From NCBI RefSeq assembly GCF_009914755.1, contig NC_060930.1: a stretch of DNA of 64,000 bases, one strand, 5' to 3'. Each line of letters begins with the position of its first letter. Position 1 is the first letter of the stretch. The stretch comes from the human T2T-CHM13v2.0 reference genome, Homo sapiens. The position numbers were made by a program, and so were the translations under genes. Positions 25,574-39,113 of the stretch are shown piece by piece. The notes below the pieces were generated by a model, which worked only from the letters and a program-made list of their open reading frames with translations, ran no database searches and was not told where the DNA came from.

Positions 25574-25769
25574 CAGTAGTGTGTTGGAGCCAATCTGCTG
25601 CAGCTTGGACAGTTGTAAACTTTTCTTCCCAACTGCTTATCCATTGACTTCAGGTTGGTAGTCTGAAGTCAGCCATGGTGGGAGTATTTACACCACAGAA
25701 ATTGGCAAATGCTACAAAAGAGGACTTTTTCACCCAGAGAGCTGGTCGTGAAACAATAACCAGCCACTG
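25574..25769. mobile_element. MER63-type hAT (Blackjack) MITE
   Basis: Ends cagtagtgtgttgg / ccagccactg; core gccatggtgggagtatttacaccacagaaattggcaaa; 8-bp TSD cctgaggg / cctggggg. Confidence 0.85.
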
Positions 25770-26099
25770 CCTGGGGGTCAGGGTACCCTGAACATTGACC
25801 ACAGCAGCAAGCACCTGGGAAAGGGCTAGAAAGGCCCTGGATGGGGGGTGTGGGTAGAGCTACTCAGCCCCATCTCCTTTTTCCTCCCCTCCAGCCCCCT
25901 TCAGCCCTGTGCCTGGACCACTAAGGTTGCTTCCTGACTGAGGTCCCTGTACCCACTCAGCCCCCTCCACTCTCCTCTCTACTATCCTGAAATAAAAACC
26001 AACCTTAGGCCCTCCTCTTAGGGTGAGGGTGAGCCCCCCAGGCCATGTAGGCTCTGGCCCCTTTCCTCCTGCTCTTCCTCTGAGTGCCTCCACCCTTAT

Positions 26100-26410
26100 T
26101 CACAGGCTCACTCTTGTCTCAGAGCCTCTGCCTAGACTGCTCTTCCCAGCCTCCAAACCCACTTTCCAGGGCTGATCTGCATTCACACTTCAATGTTCTT
26201 CTCTGATCACCCACCCACCCCACCTCAAGAACAATACTTATCACAGTTTTTATCATTTTTGTGTGTGCAGTTATTTCAAGTTTTTCTCACCCACAGAGAT
26301 GGAAAGCTTCAGGAAGGGAACAGGTTCTGGCTTGTTCAGCACTAATCTCCCACACAGGGCCTAAAATATAGTAGGTGCCTGATAAATATTTACCAAATGG
26401 ATGAATGAAC
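26100..26410 (+). mobile_element. L2 3' end
   Basis: tagtaggtgcctgataaatatttaccaaatggatgaatgaa terminus. Confidence 0.75.
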
Positions 26411-26694
26411 TATCCCGTTGGAACACTGATGTTAAGCAGTAAGGGAATGCTTTTAAACCAGGAGGGAGGCTGTGCTTACAGTGGAGACCTGAGCACAGTG
26501 CGGAAGTGCAAGTCCCTGTCCCATCTTTACTTACTGTGTGATGTGGGAATCTCCATTTCCTCTCCTGTAGGATGGGATCATAATAATGACAATCACACAC
26601 TTGGCAAAACCCTGAGGTTGCTACGCCATCAAATGCAACAACGGACGTGAGAATCTTCTACGAACTGCCCAGCCAAGTCTGCAGAGGGCTGACA

Positions 26695-26875
26695 ATGGGC
26701 TTGGATTCAGATCCCAGCACTGCTGCTTAGTAGCTGGGTCAGCTTGGAGAAGTTACTCAACCTCTCTGAGTGTCAGTCCCCTCAAAGATGCAGTGCAATC
26801 TCTACCTCATAGGGAAGTAGGAGAGAGACAGTGTGTCTCAAGCACTCAACACCAAGTCTAGCACGGAGTAAGCCT
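26695..26875 (+). mobile_element. MIR SINE
   Basis: ggattcagatcccagcactgctgcttagtagctgggtcagcttggagaagttactcaacctctctgag. Confidence 0.75.
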
Positions 26876-29809
26876 GAAGCTCAAGTGGGCGTCCACTGTG
26901 ACTATTACCTTTATCGCCAAACATATTTTATACAGGAGCTGTGTAGCATTGCTTATTGAGAAACCAAAGAATGATGTTATAGTATATGTTTTTATAATAC
27001 GCCTAGGACAGGAGGGTGGGGCAGACTTTGGGGAGAGACCTCCTTGAGCATCTCTTCATGCTAGGCACTGGGCTGTACACACATGGGGAGCTGCCAGCCA
27101 TCTCCGCCTGCCCTAAGGTGGTTCATTCTACAGGCTCATTCACCTCTGGAAAGTAAAACCAGCCACAGTGGAAGGAGCATCTGAGGCAGATCCTGGCCAC
27201 AGGCAGAACCCTGTGGGAATCAGGCCATAGGACATTTATGCAATATGGTTGAACAGGAACAGGGTAGTGGCCTCTTAGAGCTCAGCTTCAGATCACAGGG
27301 AAATGGGGTTTCCCATAGGGCCAGGGTAGGTTCAGGATGGAAGCCAAAACCACTCGGGTAGGCTGGGCTGAGCACTTGATTGGGGGCTCAGGAGAGAGAG
27401 GTACCACAATCTGAGCACCTCCTATTAATACTTGGCAGGCTCTGGCCTGGGCACTTTAAACAGCATCAAAGCAATCCTACCAGGTAGGTGCTACTAGCCC
27501 ATTTTCCAAAGGAAGAAACTAAGGCTCAGAGAAGTGAGGCCAAAATATGCTGAACCAGAATTCTACTCCTTGAGCAGGCAGCTTTCCACTGCCCCAGCCT
27601 GCCTCCCCCGGGGAAGGAACCTAGGTGCTGACGGGACCTGTCCTGGGCTGTCTCCAAGGAGAGAAAGCAAGCAACAGGGCCCAGGACCCTGGACTCTCTC
27701 CCCCAAGTCTCCTCCACTTCCAAGTAGAAGTGGAGACCTCTGTATGCCTCTAGAAGAATAATATTATTAAGAATATTATTAGCTATAATTTAATGAGCGA
27801 TTATTATGTGCCAGTGAGCTTTCATTAACTCATTTAATGCTCACAACAGCCCGGTGGCTGGGTCCCTGCCTACCTTTATATATGGATGAGAAACCAAAGT
27901 CCAGAAAAGCTAGCATTGATTCCTCTGGCACCCCTTCTACTTTTTTGGAAAATAAAAATGCGTTGTTGCAATACTTTGGAGCATCAACCCAGAATCACAT
28001 AACAAGAACAGAGGAATTAGTCAGTTGCAAAGTCCTCCCTCGTGTCTACCCCAAGTCCCTCAGGCTGCAGTGAGAGCTTGACATTCCCCAGCTTCTCTGG
28101 GCCAGCCAGCAGCCACCCCCTACCATGTGGCCTTGGTCCCTCCTCTGCTGGGAATCAGGAGGGGGGTGGTCCTCCTTTGTTCCCCAGGCTCGGGGGAGCA
28201 TTCCTACCCCAGAGAGGCCAGCTGAGGTCACGGGTCTATGCCCCCTCCCCAGGCCAGCCTGACCAAGCTGGCAGCCCCGTCAATCAGGTGCAGCCTGCTC
28301 AGCAGCCAGCCTTTTATTTCCTATATTAAAAGGGCTTGTGATTCCTGATTGAATTAAAGGCGGGAAGGTCAGCTCTGAGACCAGCAGGGAGATTTCAATC
28401 ACGGGAGACCGGAGGCAGCCAAGGTGGGCAGGGGGGCAAGGCAGGGAGCAGACAAGGCCGGGAGCAAGAGTAGGGACGGGCACCACCGCTTCTCTCCCAG
28501 GCCAGACCAGTCAAAGCATGGTACAAGGGTGGCTAGTCCACAGCACCCACCCCCACAACCCTTTTGAAAATGTCAGTTTGAATTAAAGAAATTTCATCCT
28601 CTGATACAGCAGACAACCTGAACTGCTGGACTAGGCAGACTTGCTTGCGTATCTGTTAGTTAAAATGCCCTCAGAAAAGTGAATTCCACAGTTTCCCTCA
28701 TTTCCTACTGTCAGCAGGTTCTTTCTGACTTCTCTCTTAAACTCCATGTTGGATCTTAAGGAGACAAAGATGATGCTACTTGCTTTGAAGTTATAAAGGA
28801 CAGTCAATCAGCTGCTTTTTCGGCACCTATGGCTCAGGCTCAGGGATCCTGCAAACTGCCAGTGCTTTCCTGCGACCTGGGTAGAGTGGGGAGAGGACTG
28901 CAATGAACACAGTCTTCCTGGCTGTGTGCTTGGGGGAAAGCTCCTCATTTGCCCAGGGACTCAGTTTCCCCATCTGTGCAATGGGCAGCATAGTCCGTAC
29001 AGGATTTGCTGGAGTACTAGCCTTCCCTGGATAGTCAGGGTTGAGATGTGCCTTTTTGCTTGGGCTAGCACTGAGTCTACCTTATATATAACCCTGGAGT
29101 CCCCCTGCCAAGAGTCAAGTCAGGAAGTACAAGGGCTTGATTCCTATCTCTGCAGGGCAGATATGGAAGCCCTGGGGTAAATGCCCCATGTCCTCCAAGG
29201 ATAGGCAGGAAGAACAGGCTTGACCCATGGTGGGGCTAAAGTTAAATATCAGGATGAACTGACTTCCTCAGTGAGAGTGGTTTCTGGAACTAGATCACAG
29301 AGAAGCCTTTTCCCGTCTCCCTACCCGCTACCCCCTCCGGTCCTGTGCTATCTCCATGCAGGCAGCCTTAGATATAGGGGTTGCACCACAAGTGGTGGGA
29401 CTGAGATCAGACATGAGAAAGGACTTCCTAATGGTGGGCGAGATAAGGCAGTAACATACATCATCAAAGGAGGGGCGCCTGTGGGGCACGTTTAAGGAAA
29501 TAAGGAATCATGGGCACCACCTAAGGCAGTGGAGGTAAGCTCTGGGCCTGGAGCCAGAGAGCTGGTTCCCTTCTCAAACCTTGCTGGTCTTGAGCAGGTC
29601 CTTTGCCTCTTCTGCGGAAGGGAGGTGATGATGCTATCTTAGCAAACAAGGCACGCACAGGCTTCTAATGGCAGAGTGACATGGGCGGCTGAGGGTCGGC
29701 TGTGTGGGTGGCTTTTTCCTGTATATATGAATTTTATATGCCCTTCCAAAAAGTCAGTAATATCTTTTTAATGCCTTAGCATAGCTGTATCTTTCTCTAC
29801 CAGCAGATT

Positions 29810-30000
29810 CACAATTCCTGTTCCATGTTCCAGACACTGTTTTAAGTACTTTACATATATTTAACTCATTTAACCTTCTCAATAACTGTCATGATCCCCA
29901 TTTAGAGATGGGGAAACTGAGGCACAGAGCAGTCCAGTAATTTGCCTAAACTTAGCAGTAGCAGAGTGATGGTTTGAATCGGGGCAGCCAGGCTCTGGAA
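29810..30000 (-). mobile_element. MIR SINE
   Basis: ccagacactgttttaagtactttacatatatttaactcatttaa...cccatttagagatggggaaactgaggcacaga. Confidence 0.9.
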
Positions 30001-30011
30001 CAATGCTAGCA

Positions 30012-30186
30012 CTCAAGCTACAACTCTCTGTGATGAAAGAGTCCTTCTGTATCTGTGCTATGCAGTGTGGCAGCCATGAGCATTTGCCATATGACTTATG
30101 TGACCAAAAAACTGGATTTTACTTTTACTTCATTTTAATTTAAGTAGCTACATGGGGCTAGTGGCTGCTGTATGGGACAGTGCAGC
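30012..30186. mobile_element. MER3-type hAT-Charlie MITE
   Basis: ttttaatttaagtagctacatggggctagtggctgctgtatgggacagtgcag matches the MER3 3' end. Confidence 0.75.
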
Positions 30187-31078
30187 TCTAGAGACCCTGG
30201 GAACACCAGGCAGGCAGGACGAGGTCATCACTGAAGATCATTCAGATTTGTCCCTCTCATCCTCCCATTACCCTCCTCCTGCTACTTCCAGCCTAGACTT
30301 CCAGGAAAGTTCTCCCTTTCTCCCACATTCCCCTGTGAGAGCTTCCTTGTCCATCAGCAGGTGTGTGTTCCACCCACAGCTGCCTCCTTGTTCCTGACAT
30401 GCTTGAAGCTGTCTTGGAAGACCAGGACAGCCCCATGCAGGGGCCTGGCCTGGTCCTTGGTGTCTGAGTGAGCTCCCTGTAGAGCCTGGCCTATTGGTGC
30501 TGGCAACCTCTCTTGACACCAGGGAGAGAGCACTTCTCCCACGAAGGGGACCCATCCCTCCTTGGTGGACACTTTGTGACCTGAGTCCACTGGGGAGACA
30601 TATATGGACAGCACTCCCACACCAGGGCCTCAAGCTGGAAGCTCCCTTCTAGGTCACACCCTGTCCTGAGACCTGAGGTCTCTGCAACTGATGGGGTGTA
30701 CTGACAGCTTCCTGCTCTGCCCCCCAGGGGCTGAGGCCCAATAGGGCGCTAGATGCTAGAACCGCAAGGAGTCAGTGGTGCTACGGAGGGCTGGAACTCA
30801 TTCTGAGCCTTGAAGTAGGAAAAGTTGTAGGTGAGCTAAGCCTGTGGTAGGGGGCATATCCTGCAGAAAGAAGAGTAAGGTCAGAGGGGTAGAGGCACAA
30901 AGGTTTGGCTGCATTGTCATATAGGAACAAGGCAAGAGTTGAAGCCACAGGGAGCTTGGGGAGAAGAAGCAGCTAGTAACGCTAACACCCCTGTTTTAGC
31001 ACCCCTGCAGGCCAGCACAGTTCTAGACCCATTATGTGTGTTATCTCATATGGTTCTCAGAACTGCCCTAGGAGGTAG

Positions 31079-31636
<558 letters not shown>

Positions 31637-33649
31637 TGAGGAGGGACCGCCAGAGAAAGTGATGACTTGCGTTTAGATCATGTTACTTTTGAGGGGCCCA
31701 TGAGAACTTCAGGGATCTGGAGCTCAGGAAGGAAAACCTGAGGTAGAGGAATGGATTTGGGGGCCAGTGTTGATGGTTGAGACCTTGAGTGGGTTCTGGG
31801 AGAAGAGAAGCAGCCCCCATCTTACCCTGAGGACTCCCAACCTCCCAGGGACCAGCAGAGGGTTGGGAGCCCTTCAAGAAAACAAAAACAGAGACCCAGG
31901 AGGACAGTCATCCTGGAAATGAGGGAGGTCAACATGGGGAGATCTAGGAGGACGGGCATCCTAGTAATGAGGGAGGTCAGCATGGGGAGGCCCTGAGCAG
32001 GCCAAGGAAATAAAAACTCAAACTGGACCCTCCAGATTTGGTGCCCAGGAGGTTCTAGCAGGGACAGCAGAGGGCAGGAACCAGGCTGGGCTGTGGGGTG
32101 AGGACAGCATGGAAGGCAGGCCATGGGGAAGGGGTGCAGCTCTCCAGGAAAAGGGAGAAGATGAGGCAGTGGTTAGAAGGGAGGTGGGAGAGCACCTCTG
32201 GGGTCCCTGGGTACACCCTGCCACATGAGTAGTCCCTGGAGCTTCAGGTCTGCGTGCCCTGGCTCCTTTATGCCAAGTGTGGCTTCTCTGACTTCCTCCC
32301 TCACACGCTCCGAAAAGCACTCAAAAAAGTGCTGAGCCCACTGCTGGCCCTGGAAAGGGTTTGCTGATTCACGGAGGTGGAGAGTCTGGCAGCCTGAAGA
32401 TGGCAGAGGACTCCACCCTGCCTTGGGGAAAGAAAGCAGCCTGGAAGATGTAGGAGAGGCCACAACATTCTACTCATATACATCCTGTGCAGGGTGCAGG
32501 GCCAGAGATGGGCAAGAGCCGGTGCCAAGAACATATCCCTAGCTGGCCATCCTCTGAGGCAGAGGGAGCAGAGAGGTCCCAGAACTACTGTAGTTTTATA
32601 CTAAGTCTTAAAATTAGGTAGTATAGTTCTCTAGCAGGTGAGGAATGAAGGAGGGTTCCTTGGGGGAGGTGCATTAGTGCTGGGCCCAGCGGATGGGTTC
32701 AGTTTTGCCCAGTGGAAATGGAAAGGGAAAGGACATTCCCGACAGCATGCACACAAGCAGGAAATCGAGAGGCCTTGTAGGCATCTGGCAAGGAGCCTGG
32801 GCTGGCTGGCTCCTCCAGCATCAGCTGTGGAGAGACATGACGCTGAAGGGAAGCTGGCCTCCAAGTCAGGGAGAGCTCTGAATGTGCAAGTAAAAGAGTT
32901 GGAGCTTTATTCTGCAGACAGTGGTGAGCCCTTGCAGGTTTTGCAGCAGGAGAGATCTCTGAGGGTATCTCCTCTGGCTGGAGCAGCTGTGGGAAGACCA
33001 ATTGGTTCTTGATGGGAGGGAGGGGAGGGAATGTCCATCAGGGTCTCCCATAGGGCAAGAACCCCAACCCCACAGTCAAGGCCTGGCTGGTAAAAATAGC
33101 TGGGAATCCCGCTGGATAAAAACAGCTGTGGGCAAGGGAACTCACCTGCACCAACAGGTAGGAAAAGTAGGTCATGGCTATGGGCCACCTGGGAGGTGAG
33201 CAGGAGGGAACAGAGCTCCTTCAGAGCCTACCACTTCCTCCTTCACCCGTGAAGACTCAGCCTCCTGGGCAGCTCTGAGCAAGGTCTGACAATGGAAGAA
33301 GGTCTGGAATTAGCTCCCTAGGCCTGTGGGCCACGTGCTATCTCTCCCTCTGGGGGCATTTCTACCTCCCAGCTAGCTTTGAGCATCTTCTGGCACCCTG
33401 CTTTGACTTCAGGAATCCACTTCCCAGCAGAATCTAGTGATTCGTTTCTTGGCGACATCACTTTCTAGACTCACTGAGTTCAGAATCTATTAACCTCTTT
33501 ATTGTAACTGTTGATTTATTGAGCATTTATGAAGTTCTATGCGTGGTGCTAACTTTTTCACAGTACAAGAATAACCTCTCTGAAATATGAGTCTGTTCTC
33601 CAAGAGCCAAGCGTCTCTCTCTCGGAACTTTTGTCCACACTACTGGGTT

Positions 33650-35520
33650 TTTTAAATTATCATACAGCAAAATTTACTGTTTTTCTTCTGGTATACGGTT
33701 CTATGGATCTGAACATGTGCAGATGTGTGTATCCTCCACCATCATCAGGATACGGGAAAACTCCATCGTCCCCTAAAAACGCACTCATGCTGTTGTTTTA
33801 TAGTTATATCCTCACCCCACCCATAGTCCTGGCAAATACTAATATGTTTTCCATCACCATAATTTTGTCTTTTTGAGAGTATCAAGTAAATGAAATTACA
33901 GTGTGTGACATCTTGACTGGCTTCTCTCATTTAGTATGAAAGTCTTTGACATTTATCCAAATATTGTTGCATTTATCAATATTGTTCCTTTGTACTATTC
34001 AGTGGTATTTCATTGTTAACCATTAACCCATTGAAGGACATTTGAGCAGTTTGCAGATTTTGGCTATTACAAATAAAGTTGCTATGAACATTCAGGTACA
34101 GGTTTTCATGTGAAGAGATGTTTTCATTGCTCTAGGGTAACTACATTAGGAGGGGGATTACTGGGTCACATGGTAAGTGTATACTCAAAGATTTAACTTT
34201 ACAAGAAAGCGACGAACCATTTTACAAAGCGTCTGTACCATTTTACATTCCCACCAGCAATGTATGAGAGTACTAGTTTCTCTGTGTTCTTGTCAGCTCT
34301 TGGTTTTACATTTTTTAATGTGCTATTCTAACAGGTATGTAGAGGTATCCCATCATGGATTCAATTCACATTTCCCTGAGTGTTAGTAATGTTGAATATC
34401 TTTTCATGTGTTCGTTTGTCATTTTTATATCCTCTTTGGTGAAGTATCTGTACAAGTCCTTTACCCATTTTTTTAATGAGGTGGCTTGTTTTCTTGCTTT
34501 TGAGTTTTGAGAGTCCTTCGTATATTCTGGATACAAGTAATTTGTCAGATACGTGGTTTGCAAATATTTTTTTCCCAGTCTGTACGTTGTCTCTTCACTT
34601 TCTTGACAGTGTCTTTCTTTGACAGAGCAAAAGTTTTTAATTTTGATGCAGTTTGGTTTATGAATATTTCCTTCATGGATGAATCATGCTCTTGGTATCA
34701 TTTTAGAGCTCTTCACCCAGCCCCAGGTCATAAAGATTTTCATATATGTTGTCTTCTAACAATTTTATAGTTTACATTTTACATTTTGATCTGTGATTCA
34801 TTTGGGGTTAATCTTTGTATTTAGGTCAAAGGTTTTTCTTTGTTTATGGATGACTAGTTGTTCCAAATTCATTTGTTGAAAAGATTATTTTTTCTCCATT
34901 GAATTGCCTTTGTACATATTATTCATATTTGTGTAGATCAATTTCTGAACCTTCTGTTCTGTTTTACTGATCTGTATATTCATCTTTTTGCAAATTTCAC
35001 ACTCTCTTGATGACTACTGTAGTTTTGAACTAAGTCTTAAAATTAGGTAGCATAAACTGGGCAAGGTAGCGTGCATCTGTAATCCCAGCTACTCAGGAGG
35101 CTGAAACAAGAGGATTGCTTGAGCCCAGGAGTTTGAGGCCAGCCTGAGAAACATAAGAGAGACCTCATTTCAAAAGACAAAACAACTGTCCCCCTCAAAA
35201 AAAAAAAAAAAGAAGAAGAAGAAAGGAGATTAGGTAGTATGATTCCTCACACTTTATTCTTTTTCTCCCCAAAATTGTTTTAGCTATTCTAGTTCCTCTG
35301 TCCTTCCACAATATTTTAGAATCTGCTTGTTAATATCTAACAAAAAAATCCTGCTGGGATTTTGATTGGTATTGTGTTAAATCTATAGTCCACTTTGGGA
35401 AATTGACATCTTTATGTTGAATCTTCTGTCCATAAATATGGTATACCTTTCCATTTGTTTAGGTCTTCATTATTTATTGCAACAGCATTTTGTAGTTTTC
35501 AGCATACAGATCCTGCACAT
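33650..35520 (-). mobile_element. Old L1M(B/C) 3' fragment interrupted by a FLAM
   Basis: Reverse L1 motifs taccattttacattcccaccagcaatgtatgagag; ORF 34366..34563 contains KWVKDLYRYFTKEDIKMTNEHMKRYSTLL. Confidence 0.9.
35057..35228 (+). mobile_element. FLAM (Alu left monomer)
   Basis: Monomer plus A/GAA tail; TSD attaggtagcat (35042-53) / attaggtagtat (35229-40). Confidence 0.85.
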
Positions 35521-35660
35521 CACACTCGTCTCCTCCACTAGACTACCAGCCCCATGAGGCAGGGACCATGTCTGTATTACATACCACTGCATTTACTGAG
35601 CTTCCAGAGGGCCTGCCTGGCATGCAGTTGGTCCTCACTAAATATCTCTGAGTGAATAAC
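35520..35660 (+). mobile_element. L2 3' end
   Basis: ccactagactaccagccccatgaggcagggaccatgtctg...cctggcatgcagttggtcctcactaaatat. Confidence 0.8.
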
Positions 35661-35759
35661 AGCACTTTTGCATTTGTCATCTAATTTAATCTACCCACAA
35701 TCAGGTTAGAGATTACACTTCTTACTTCATGGAGGAGAAAACTGAGGCTTGGAAAGGAG

Positions 35760-36305
35760 GTATAGTGAACATATCTAGAATGTTCCTCAAGATTCTCGCC
35801 TCCTGGTGTACATGCCCTATAAAATTCCCTCCCTTGAGTGTGGAAAAAGGACCTATGAATACGATGAGATATCATTCCCGTGATTCGTTCACATTATAGA
35901 GCAAAGGTGGAGGAGTTTTGTAGATGTAATTAAGGTCCCTAATCAGTTGACTCTGAAGTTATCGCAAAGGAGATTTTCCCAGATCAGTCTGACCTAATCA
36001 GGTCAGACCTTTTAAATGAGAGTCTGGAGGACACAAGGTGGAAAAGTCAGAGGGATTCAAAGCAGCAGAGCTGCTCTTCTATTGGCCTTGAAGAAGCTAA
36101 CTGCCATGTTATGGAGAGGGTCACATGATAGAGAACAGCAATATCCTCTAGTAGTTGAGGCCCTCAGTCCCACAAGGAACTTGGGAGAGAACCTCAAGCC
36201 TCAAATGAGATCACAGTCCAGCCAACACCTTGACTTAAGCCTGGCAAGACCCTGAGCAGAGAACAAACTTGTGGTAATTTGTTACACAACAATAGAAAAT
36301 TAATA
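35760..36305 (+). mobile_element. MaLR solo LTR (MLT1E/F-like)
   Basis: ctcccttgagtgtgg...gatgtaattaaggtccctaatcagttgac...tgtggtaatttgttacacaacaatagaaaattaata. Confidence 0.85.
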
Positions 36306-36559
36306 TGGAAGCCTTTCCTAGGGACCCAGAGTTGGGACTCACACAACTCCTGGGTTGCTGAGCTATGCTCTCAACTACTTATCTGTCTCCCAATGCCTTC
36401 TCCTCTTGGGGGCTTGAGCCTTTTTGTTTATGCCTTTTGTTTTGTTTTATCTTTGTTTGGATATCAGGATTACAGAATCCTTGGTCTATGACAGTCTTAT
36501 TAATGGTACATGCACAGCCCACTTTTATTTATGTTGGTTCGTTAGTTGGTTTTACTAAT

Positions 36560-37010
36560 GCAATAAGCACCCTTAAACCCACCACCCAGAATAGCTAGTC
36601 CTTGACAATAACCCACATCTAACCACTGCCCCACATCCTGCCCCCGATTCCCCATCTGCAGAAATTGTCATATGAGTCCTGTGTTCATCATTCCCTTGCT
36701 TTATGAAGTTTAATGGCATAAAATTATTTTTTAAATTGTAATGTTTTTTAATTTTATAAAAAGGGTATCATGCAGTACGTAATCTATTGGGACTTTTTCA
36801 TCTCAATTTTCTGTTGCCAAGCTTCATCCATATTGCTCTGTGTTGGAGTATGTCATTCATTTTGACTGCTATGTAACGTTTCACTATGTGACCACATCCC
36901 CACAACTCATCCATCCACTCTGCTCCTCATGGGCATTTGGGCAGTTTCCAGGTTTTTGCTATTGTGAACAGTGCTACTCTGAACGTTCTTGTGTAAGTCT
37001 CCTGGTTCAG
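36560..37010 (-). mobile_element. L1ME-type 3' fragment
   Basis: tcattcattttgactgct...atgggcatttgggcagtttccaggtttttgctattgtgaacagtgct. Confidence 0.8.
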
Positions 37011-37699
37011 TAATTTACCTCTCAGAGTCAATTTCTGCCTAAATAAACTAAAGGGGAAGGATTTTGTTTCTTTGCCACAGAAGATCCAAAAGACTAATAA
37101 AGCTTCTTGCTAGGTGCCTGCCCTTAACTGCACTCACCCCCAAACTGCTGCTTTCAGCAGATCCATCCAAATGTTGTCTCCCCCAGACACCCAAATCCGG
37201 GTCCACAAACCCCAGCCATCCACCAGGGGAGCATCAAGAGCACACAAGACAACTCCTCCTGGACTAAAGTTTCAATATCGAGAACTGGCTCTGAGGAAGT
37301 GTGCTGACCACAGGCATGGCTCATTCGCAGTTATGGGCAGGACTTTGGTCCCAAAGATATCTCATGTCACTGTGCACTCGGAATCTGCTATTCTGGAAAG
37401 CCCCCCAGCCTAAACCACAGCAGAGCATGCGATGACAGCGAGTGTGGTGACAAGTTAGCAGAGTGGGAAGTGAAACGCGGCCATAGGCTGGTCCTTGCCC
37501 TGCCTGGCCTCGAGGGAGACCTGATTGAGTCCCTGATCCCTCTTGGGCCAAAGTCTCCTCACATAGCTGAGGGGGGATGCACACTTAGTGAGATAAGAGG
37601 TTGATATCTGGTTAGATCTGGTTAGAAAGTACAAGAGGGTGGAGAAAGTGACATCTGGTTAGAAGGTGTGAGAAGGTGGAAGGGGCTAAGAGGGTGGCC

Positions 37700-37890
37700 A
37701 GGGAGAACCCTGCCCAGGGTTGAATGGGAGGGCCCACATTGAGGGCTGATCTTCCCCACCTAGTCCACTCAGACTCACATGTTAATCTCCTCTGGAAACG
37801 CCCTCATAGACACACCCAAGAATAATGCCTCACCAGATTTCTAGGTACTTCTTAGTCCAGTCAAATGGACATGTAAAATAAAGCATCACA
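37700..37890 (-). mobile_element. MLT2 (ERVL) LTR fragment
   Basis: atgttaatctcctctggaaacgccctcatagacacaccc...agtccagtcaaatggacatgtaaaataaagcatcaca. Confidence 0.8.
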
Positions 37891-39113
37891 CCATAGACAC
37901 TTTCTTCAAACCCTTGGGGGTCAGCTATTAGTTCCAGAGGTACAACTGGAAAGGTCTCACAGGGAGACAGACCCAGGGTGGATTCCAGGGGCTTCCCTTG
38001 CTCCAGGCCTCTGCAAATGGATGCCTTGGGAAGGGCATGAGTGAGCCTCACAGCAGCAGGGAGGGCTCAGCCTGTTCATCTCTGAGGTCCTCCCACCTGG
38101 GTTTCTGTGGCTCTACGAAGGTTTTAGCCCATATCTGCCCCACACGCGTACCTCCCAGGCAGGCCTTCCCTCCATCCTTATCTTCTCTTTCCTTCCTTCT
38201 CATTCACTCAGCACACCTTGAGAGAAGCACAGGGATTGGGGCAGTCAGTGTGGGGAGTGTGTAGAGCAAGTTACACAGAAGAGTAGGAAGAACTCAGAAT
38301 GGAGATGATGAGGCTGAAGGCCAAGGTTCCTCTTAGGCTCCAGCCAGAAGCTGGGCTTGCCAGAAATTGATGCTTCTGGAGAAGGAGGAGGTGCTGATGA
38401 CTCAGTGCCAGCCTGAAAGTCATGAAGGACGGGGGAACCAGCGTTTCCTCATACCCCAAAGGTCAGAAGGATGCATGGCTATACCTGTAGTGGGTTCAGG
38501 CTATAGTCCCCGGTCAATCTAGCTTCCCACCCTTGTGTGTCCCTGGGTCCTGGCTGTAAGCTAACTGAGCAGAGTTTCCCGCACAGCAGCCCTGCTGTCC
38601 CACTAGCATCAGAAGAGGAAAGCAGGACTGTCTAAGAAGCCCTGTCTGTGGCGGTGTCCACAGGGGGCGTCTGCATGGGCTCCTCACTCCTGCATGAGCC
38701 CCGAGTAGAACAGTCTCTGAGCTTGTACTGCCTGCAGAAAGAATCGGAGGAGGCCAGTCTCTGCTCCTGAAGTTATGCATCAGGGAATGAGCAAGGCTGG
38801 GTGGGTCCTGTGAGTGAGAGGATGTGCTTGCACAAGGGACCAGCGTAAAATATGCTACTTATTTGGAGCACCAGCCTTGAGGTACACCCTGAGGCGTCAA
38901 GGTCTGGGGAGGTGCTCACATCTGGTAGAGTCTGCGCAGGCCAGTGAGGCAAATATCAGGTCATCACTATTTTGGGTTTCTGTGCAGGAAGGGAGCCAGC
39001 CGCGACCTGTGCTTTCATCATAGAAGGATAGAGAGCTTCCTTCTGTAGCCCAAGTTCCTACTCACCTCCCATCCTGGCACCCCCAAATTGGACTCTTTCA
39101 GAACAGAGGCCTC

